Positions 58,982-64,000 of a DNA stretch of 64,000 nt are shown here, one piece after another. The position numbers and the translations under genes were made by a program. Each line of letters begins with the position of its first letter. Within the stretch, counting starts at the first letter, position 1. A model generated the notes under the pieces. That model did not search any database. It was not told where the DNA came from and was given only the letters and a program-made list of their open reading frames with translations. Source of the DNA: Anaerolineales bacterium (GTDB taxonomy: Bacteria; Chloroflexota; Anaerolineae; Anaerolineales; DRMV01); assembly GCA_026996855.1 (NCBI GenBank), contig JALWJZ010000103.1:20047-84046 (forward strand), in the 5' to 3' direction.

Positions 58982-59169
58982 CAGCGCCAGCGCCCACGCA
59001 AGAGGACTAGGGCGCGACCATCGTCCACGTTGCCCACTTCCACGGGTACGCCGGCCTCTTCCAAGGCTTTCAGCGCCGAGACCACCAGGGCCACGGCTTC
59101 CTCGCGAGTCGGCGGCCGCGACCGGCCACGGCGAGCGACCCGAACCGAGGGCGCGAGCAGCCGTCCCAA
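58981..59169 (-). CDS. Hypothetical protein (62 aa)
   Basis: Protein-like sequence filling the gap; TGATG overlap with the next gene. Confidence 0.4.
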   Translation of the reverse strand: MGRLLAPSVRVARRGRSRPPTREEAVALVVSALKALEEAGVPVEVGNVDDGRALVLLRGRWR

Positions 59170-59183
59170 AACCGGCCATCCCT

Positions 59184-60041
59184 TTACTCCGCGTCCAGTG
59201 TGGTAAAATGCGGATGGCGGTCGTTCCGCGACGGCTCCGCCGGAGCCGGGGGACCCACCGGGGTTTCCCCGGCTTTCTTCGCTTCCGTTTCCGCCTCCGC
59301 TTTTCCCTCCATGGCCTTCAGGAAGGCTTCCCCCAAAGGGAGCCCCTTCTTGTCCTCTCCCAAAAGCCGCGCCACCAACTCGCGTTCGGTTGCATTCAGC
59401 TGTTGGTACAGCTCAACCAGTTGCTGATAGGCACGAATGGCTTGCTGGCGTTTGGCGACAAGTTCTTTCGCCAGTTCAACTTCCAGTTCCTCACGCCGAG
59501 CAGCGGCCTCGCCCTGGATACGCCGTAGGGTTAGCTCGGTTTCAATACGGCGCATCTCGCGGCGACGAATGGTGCCCGGGCCGGTGAGGTGGTAAGTCAT
59601 TCCTGCCACCACGTTCAGGACACCCAGGGTAGGCACTACCCACCAAATAAGCGTCCGCACCAACTCAACTAAGGCCCCGCGCGTTGGGGTGTACAGAAAC
59701 GTGTCCGCAAGCACAGTCAAATACACCCCTAAGATATCCAGGACCCACATGCCCAGAGAAATCCAGTCTTGGTACTTCGTGGTGGAGCCGAAAATCCACG
59801 CTAGGTTCCAACTAATGGCTCCAATATCCAGGAAGAACAGGCCTGCAATGGCAATGACCATGAGGGTGGTGTCGTTTCCCGGAAGGCTATGCATCAAAAG
59901 GTCGTAGGAGCGCCAGGCGGTGAAGATGGTCGCGATCCCGGTTACGACGGTGACAATGACGTCGCCCAGAGTGATGCCCCCGTGGTCCGTGCGCAGGTCG
60001 GGAAACATCTTTTCGAAAAGGGAGAAACGTCGCTCGGCCAT
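59184..60041 (-). CDS. Four-TM membrane protein with C-terminal coiled coil
   Basis: Four hydrophobic segments, then an E/R/L-rich heptad region; GGAGGT RBS. Confidence 0.8.
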   Translation of the reverse strand: MAERRFSLFEKMFPDLRTDHGGITLGDVIVTVVTGIATIFTAWRSYDLLMHSLPGNDTTLMVIAIAGLFFLDIGAISWNLAWIFGSTTKYQDWISLGMWVLDILGVYLTVLADTFLYTPTRGALVELVRTLIWWVVPTLGVLNVVAGMTYHLTGPGTIRRREMRRIETELTLRRIQGEAAARREELEVELAKELVAKRQQAIRAYQQLVELYQQLNATERELVARLLGEDKKGLPLGEAFLKAMEGKAEAETEAKKAGETPVGPPAPAEPSRNDRHPHFTTLDAE

Positions 60042-60044
60042 GGC

Positions 60045-60569
60045 TCAACCTCCCTGGTTGGGATTTGGCTTCAGGCTTTCCCGGTACTGCCGGAGGCGGA
60101 AGCCCAGGTACAGGCTCCCCGCGGCCCACAGTACCGCCGGAGCCAGGGCCACAGCCTCCGGCGCGATTTGCCAGGCCCAAACCAACGCCTGGGTACCGAA
60201 CCAGAGACCCAGGCCCGTCGCGGCCAGCACCCCCCAGCGCGTTCTGGGTATCCGCCACGCCAGGTACCCGCCTGCGACGAAAGCCAGTACAGGCAAACCC
60301 GCCAGGGCATACTCGGCCTGGCCGGGTGCGGTGCGGAACACGGTCACCACGGCCTGCACCGCTGCCAGGGTTCCCCATGCCCAGACCGCCACCGCACCTG
60401 CCCGAAGCGCCCAGGGTATGGCGACCAGAACCGCATACATCGCGCCCAGCACCAGGTCTCCCAGGAACCGGGCCAGGTTTCGCAGGGCTTGAAAGGTTTT
60501 GGAAGGCCAATGGTCTCGTCGTGGTTCCACGCCGATCACTCCCTCACCCTCAAAAAGGAATGTCATCAT
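60045..60569 (-). CDS. Multi-pass membrane protein
   Basis: Four to five hydrophobic segments; start uncertain. Confidence 0.65.
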   Translation of the reverse strand: MMTFLFEGEGVIGVEPRRDHWPSKTFQALRNLARFLGDLVLGAMYAVLVAIPWALRAGAVAVWAWGTLAAVQAVVTVFRTAPGQAEYALAGLPVLAFVAGGYLAWRIPRTRWGVLAATGLGLWFGTQALVWAWQIAPEAVALAPAVLWAAGSLYLGFRLRQYRESLKPNPNQGG

Positions 60570-60585
60570 CTGGCCGTCACCATCC

Positions 60586-60804
60586 TCACAGCAAACGTGG
60601 TTGGCGGCTGACCAGGTACCAGACATTGGTGTGGGCGTTGTCCCGGACGTCGAAGTAACAGTCCACCAGGCCCAAACGGGCCGCCAGATAAGCGGTGGCC
60701 AGGGAGAAGCCCGCTTCCACGATTTCCCGGTTGGTGCGTTCTCCCTGAGCCAGGAAGTCCAGAAGCCGCTGCAATTCCCGTTTGGCCTCCCTTGACAAGT
60801 TCAT
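60586..60804 (-). CDS. Small winged-helix-like protein
   Basis: LLDFLAQGERTNREI...LGLV...WYL pattern. Confidence 0.55.
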   Translation of the reverse strand: MNLSREAKRELQRLLDFLAQGERTNREIVEAGFSLATAYLAARLGLVDCYFDVRDNAHTNVWYLVSRQPRLL

Positions 60805-61079
60805 GCCTCTCCCTCCGCCAGGGCCACGAACCATTGCCCGTTCCGATGGGCCAGGTACAACCCTTTCTCAGGGGTGGGGATGTACCGGGTACCCTGGGCC
60901 TGTCCAAAGGACAGGGCATAGGGGAGATGCCGGGCGTCGAAGTCCCTGGGCGGTGAGACCTCGGCAACGCGGAACCGGCCGCACTCCAGGCGCATCATCC
61001 TTCCCTTCTGGGCCAGGTCCCGCCATTTGCGCAGCAAAGACCGGTTCTGCAACCTGGGCCACAACGGATTGACCGCCAT
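60801..61079 (-). CDS. Hypothetical protein
   Basis: GGAGG RBS, coupled overlaps. Confidence 0.55.
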   Translation of the reverse strand: MAVNPLWPRLQNRSLLRKWRDLAQKGRMMRLECGRFRVAEVSPPRDFDARHLPYALSFGQAQGTRYIPTPEKGLYLAHRNGQWFVALAEGEA

Positions 61080-61306
61080 TACATCCTCCGCGGGTCGTGG
61101 ACTTCGAAATCCACACGACGGGGCGGGGTGAGGCCGCCGCCGCAGATGCACAGGGGCCATGCTTCGAAGGTTGCCCGTACCCGCAGGCCCTGGCGGGCCA
61201 GAGCCACCGCCCACGCCAGGGGGACCGGTTCTCGGAGCCACCCCCGCACCCCGCCACAGCGAGGGCACAGCACCACAGGCACCGGTCGGTGATGGTGAAC
61301 CAGCAT
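61079..61306 (-). CDS. Small zinc-ribbon-like protein
   Basis: CPRC...CICG; GGAGG RBS, TGATG overlap. Confidence 0.55.
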   Translation of the reverse strand: MLVHHHRPVPVVLCPRCGGVRGWLREPVPLAWAVALARQGLRVRATFEAWPLCICGGGLTPPRRVDFEVHDPRRM

Positions 61307-61590
61307 CACACCGCCTCCGCTAACGGCAGCACCAACTGGTTGGCCAGCACCTTGCTTCGTCGCGGGAAGACCTCGCCTTCCCAATCCTGCAAGCCCTTGC
61401 GCAGGGCGTATTCCACCATCCAGGTCTCGGCCATCTCACGGGTGTTTTCCAGGGCGCGAGCCAGGCCCACACCGTGGTTGGCCCCGCCGCAGATGCACTC
61501 GCATTCCGGGTGCTGGGCGTTGTAGCACTTGGCATCGCAACGCCCGACCACACCGCTGGACGTGCGCACTTCGATGAGCACGGCCATCAC
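61306..61590 (-). CDS. Cys-rich hypothetical protein
   Basis: RCDAKCYNA..ECECICGGANHG; start 61590 or 61587. Confidence 0.7.
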   Translation of the reverse strand: MMAVLIEVRTSSGVVGRCDAKCYNAQHPECECICGGANHGVGLARALENTREMAETWMVEYALRKGLQDWEGEVFPRRSKVLANQLVLPLAEAV

Positions 61591-61997
61591 ACCGCCTCCG
61601 GCTCGGTCAGGACGTATTCGTACCGGTCTTCGTCGAAGTGCATCAGGCCGGTACCCGCCCGCATCAGACGCAGGTCTCGGGGCACGGCCACGGTCGCGGG
61701 AACAACGGAAAAGCCGCGCCCGGCCAGGATGGAACGCACGCAGTCCAGGGCCGAGTGCGCGGCTTTCACCTTCTTTTCGTCCGTAAAGCCCACCATGGTG
61801 GCGGCCCGGAAGAGCCAGTAGTGGGCCAGGCCGTCGCGAATCTGAAAGGCCCGGACCTCGCCGTAAACGATGGGCACACCATGGGGGCCGCGCTCTTCAT
61901 GGGAGACCAGGGAGAGATACACGGGCAGGGCAGGGTCGGCGTGGGTCATGAAGTCCTCCAGAGAGTTGTAGCCGATGAAGTAAGCCGTCCGTTCCAT
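61587..61997 (-). CDS. Hypothetical protein, first gene of the early-like operon
   Basis: GGAGGTG RBS; follows the promoter at 62072-62100. Confidence 0.65.
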   Translation of the reverse strand: MERTAYFIGYNSLEDFMTHADPALPVYLSLVSHEERGPHGVPIVYGEVRAFQIRDGLAHYWLFRAATMVGFTDEKKVKAAHSALDCVRSILAGRGFSVVPATVAVPRDLRLMRAGTGLMHFDEDRYEYVLTEPEAV

Positions 61998-62036
61998 CGC
62001 CACACCTCCGGGAGGAGGGACTCCCCGGCCCCCTGG

Positions 62037-62116
62037 AAAAACTCGGCACCCCAGAGGACCGGGGTGCCTGTAGTGTAGCACGAGTTTCAAATTCAGTCAA
62101 GAGTATTTGAAACTCG
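62037..62116 (-). promoter_or_regulatory. Promoter with overlapping operator and leader hairpin
   Basis: TTGACT-17-TACACT (with TG extension); 12-bp inverted repeat CGAGTTTCAAAT/ATTTGAAACTCG around -35; GGCACCCC/GGGGTGCC hairpin plus T run. Confidence 0.7.
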
Positions 62117-62122
62117 GGGCCT

Positions 62123-62147
62123 AAAAAAAGCGGCCTAATTAGGCCGC
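62123..62147 (-). terminator. Intrinsic terminator after the HTH gene
   Basis: Minus strand GCGGCCTAATTAGGCCGC followed by T7. Confidence 0.75.
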
Positions 62148-62165
62148 AATTATCGCGGTTGGCTT

Positions 62166-62735
62166 TCACTGGTGCCGTAACTTTGAAAGGGAAGGATGTT
62201 TCAGCAATTTGGGGCGTCCCTCTTCATCTAAAAGAGGAATTCCTGAACGCACCCCAAACCGCTTACGTAAATGATGAATGCTGGCTAAGTAGGCCACATC
62301 TGCTTCATTTACAATTTTTCGACTTCCGCGTCCTTTACCTTCATCCAAAACGCGGACCAGGCCGCGCTTTGCCCAAACATGCACAGTTTGAGGCAACAGA
62401 CTATATTTTCGGGCCGCCTCACTTATGGAAATCCCCACCCCTTCCAAATCTTTGAAGGCAACCCGTTCAATTTGGGCCAGGCGGCGGTTCAACTCGAACA
62501 CATCCCCTTCGTGCTCGTGTTCGCCGTTGCCTGTGGCCTGGTTTTCCAGGCCGTTTTGTCTCTGGCCGTTTTCCAGCATGACCACCTGTCCGTCCTGTAC
62601 GGCTACCAGGATGCCTCCTTCGGGGGAAATGCCTGCCATAACCTTACCCGATTCAGCCCATTGGCGCAGAGTGTCTTCGGGAAGTCCCGTTCGTCGGGCG
62701 GCTTCGGGAAGAGGAACCAAAAGCGGCATAGGCAT
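62166..62735 (-). CDS. Double MerR-like/excisionase-type HTH protein
   Basis: PLPEAARRTGLPEDTLRQWAESGK and ISISEAARKYSLLPQTVHVWAKRGL; next to att. Confidence 0.8.
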   Translation of the reverse strand: MPMPLLVPLPEAARRTGLPEDTLRQWAESGKVMAGISPEGGILVAVQDGQVVMLENGQRQNGLENQATGNGEHEHEGDVFELNRRLAQIERVAFKDLEGVGISISEAARKYSLLPQTVHVWAKRGLVRVLDEGKGRGSRKIVNEADVAYLASIHHLRKRFGVRSGIPLLDEEGRPKLLKHPSLSKLRHQ

Positions 62736-62790
62736 CGCTCACCTCCGTCGGTGCGGGGGAACCGGGGATGGTCCCCGGCCCCCGCTGGTT

Positions 62791-62854
62791 CAGGCGGAGG
62801 GAGCGGGATTCGAACCCGCGGTGGGCCCGAGGCCCACAGGGGATTTCAAGTCCC
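62791..62854 (-). repeat. att site (right end), within the intact tRNA
   Basis: 63/64 identity to 33961-34024. Confidence 0.95.
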
Positions 62855-62882
62855 CCGCCTTCGTCCACTCGGCCATCCCTCC
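62795..62882 (-). tRNA. tRNA-Ser(TGA)
   Basis: GGAGGGA/TCCCTCC acceptor stem, G discriminator, GGGGA-CTTGAAA-TCCCC anticodon arm, long variable arm, GGTTCGAATCC T-loop. Confidence 0.96.
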
Positions 62883-62948
62883 GGGGGTTTATTTTAGCCG
62901 ATTTGCCCGGCCTTGCCTATATGCAAAAACAGAACTCTGGGACAGACG

Positions 62949-63096
62949 TTTTGCATGTTCGAACAAAGACTCACACAGAGCCACGGAGAACACGGAGTAT
63001 TTGCTGGAGAGATCAAAATTTTCGCTGTGTTCTCTGTGCCTCGGTGAGAAAATGCCACGGCTTTTGCCGCTTTTGTTGGATTTTGAAAGACGCGTG
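62949..63096 (+). repeat. ~145-bp dispersed non-coding element, copy C
   Basis: Homolog of copies A and B; flanked by ACTCTGG direct repeat. Confidence 0.85.
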
Positions 63097-63216
63097 ACTC
63101 TGGAGGGCGCAAGGCGAATTTCGACCAACGCACCTGTATAATGCAACATACCCCGTCACCGTTGCGGCGGTAAAAACCTGACTCGATTTTCTCGACTTGC
63201 CCCAGGAGTTCCTACC

Positions 63217-63906
63217 ATGTTTTCCCTGAAACCCCTGTTTGCCCGTTTGCCCATGGCCCGCTCCACCCGGGCCTACGCCTTCGGCCTGGAGCGCCTGCCG
63301 CCCCTGCCCCCGGGTCCGGTGCTGGACCTGGGCGCGGGTCAGGGCTACGGCACCGCCTTCCTCAGCCGCGCGCTGCCCCAACGGCAGGTGGTGGGGGTGG
63401 ACATCACCTACCAATGCCTCAAGCCCCAACGGCTGGCATTCGGCCCGCGGCGCCCCTGGTTCGTGCAGGCCAGCGCGCCCTATCTTCCCTTTCGTGCTTC
63501 CGCCTTCGCCCTGGCCACCGCGGTGATGACCTTCCACTGCCTCCCGGAGCCGGAACGGGTGTTTCGGGAGGTCTTCCGGGTGCTTCGGCCGGGCGGCGTT
63601 TTCCTGCTGGCCGACGTGGATGGTCGGCATTGGATTGCCCCCTGGTTCGAGCGGGTGGAACATTGGTTCGGCATCAGCCCTTTGACCCGGGCCTATCCCC
63701 CGGAGGAAATCGAAGGGCTGGCTCGCGCAGCCGGGTTCCTTCCCCCGAAAACGGCCCGACGAAAGGCGCGCGGTTTCATGGTGTGGTATTTCTTGCAAAA
63801 GCCGGGGGCTTCGGGCGGAGAAAGCCCATCCCGGACCGCGCGCGTGGCCGAGGCTTACGAAAATTCTGGCGAAGGCAGGGCCTCGGCCACCACTTCCAGC
63901 ACGTAA
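63217..63906 (+). CDS. Class I SAM-dependent methyltransferase
   Basis: VLDLGAGQG, VVGVD, LPF, EVFRVLRPGG. Confidence 0.88.
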   Translation: MFSLKPLFARLPMARSTRAYAFGLERLPPLPPGPVLDLGAGQGYGTAFLSRALPQRQVVGVDITYQCLKPQRLAFGPRRPWFVQASAPYLPFRASAFALATAVMTFHCLPEPERVFREVFRVLRPGGVFLLADVDGRHWIAPWFERVEHWFGISPLTRAYPPEEIEGLARAAGFLPPKTARRKARGFMVWYFLQKPGASGGESPSRTARVAEAYENSGEGRASATTSST

Positions 63907-64000
63907 CGCACGGGGAGGCGCCAACCCTTTCGCCACAAACCCCGCTCCAGATGCAACGCGCAGCCGGGGTTGGCCACCACCAGCAGGTTGGGGTCGGCGC
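63855..64000 (-). CDS. 3' end of an Fe-S oxidoreductase (GlcF/CCG-domain-like), truncated by the window
   Basis: Manual translation ADPNLLVVANPGCALHLERGL...YVLEVVAEAL..stop. Confidence 0.6.
   Translation of the reverse strand, partial: ADPNLLVVANPGCALHLERGLWRKGWRLPVRYVLEVVAEALPSPEFS

Larger units (their letters stand above)
33961..62854 (-). mobile_element. tRNA-Ser-integrated element (~28.8 kb) with replication, partition and Tad-pilus/ATPase modules
   Basis: 64-bp att direct repeats, adjacent integrase, uniform minus-strand gene array with tight ATGA overlaps. Confidence 0.93.

Noticed and set aside
61306-61600. Duplicated TCACACCGCCTCCG at 61306 and 61587
   Set aside because: Explained by repeated RBS plus stop/start coupling (GGAGGCGGTGTGATG).
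33961-62854. Tailed prophage
   Set aside because: Rep and HNH genes are phage-like, but no terminase, portal, capsid, tail or lysis genes are recognisable.

Overview
A GC-rich bacterial chromosome segment, probably from a thermophilic Chloroflexota/Anaerolineae-like host. This is an inference from gene style and a speD-bpsA branched-chain polyamine pair. Positions 1-33.9 kb and 62.9-64 kb are ordinary host genes: macro-domain protein, HMT-MTHFR fusion, hppA, a purine/nucleoside ABC plus xanthine-dehydrogenase-like operon, alpha-2-macroglobulin, bpsA/speD, trmFO, ADP-forming acyl-CoA ligase, rlmN, SRAP, glycosyltransferases and gltX. They are interspersed with REP-like palindromes and three copies of a ~145-bp non-coding element, each flanked by its own short direct repeat. 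The main feature is a ~28.8-kb element integrated in tRNA-Ser(TGA), bounded by a 64-bp att repeat (33961-34024 and 62791-62854), with all genes on the minus strand. It carries an integrase, a second tyrosine recombinase, a replication initiator with an internal 11-bp iteron array, ParA with an RHH-like protein and a centromere-like array, a RelE-type TA pair and two SSB-like proteins. Its transfer-like operon consists of a Tad/Flp pilus set with non-canonical pilins, an embedded ICMT/PEMT-type methyltransferase, one VirB4/HerA-like ATPase with a ~350-aa Ser/Thr/Gly insert, and a wHTH plus PD-(D/E)XK protein. I recognise no HUH relaxase, separate VirD4, canonical T4SS channel or phage structural genes. 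It is a candidate new type of Tad-pilus-based integrative, self-replicating, possibly conjugative element. All functional calls come from reading motifs by eye; no database searches were run.
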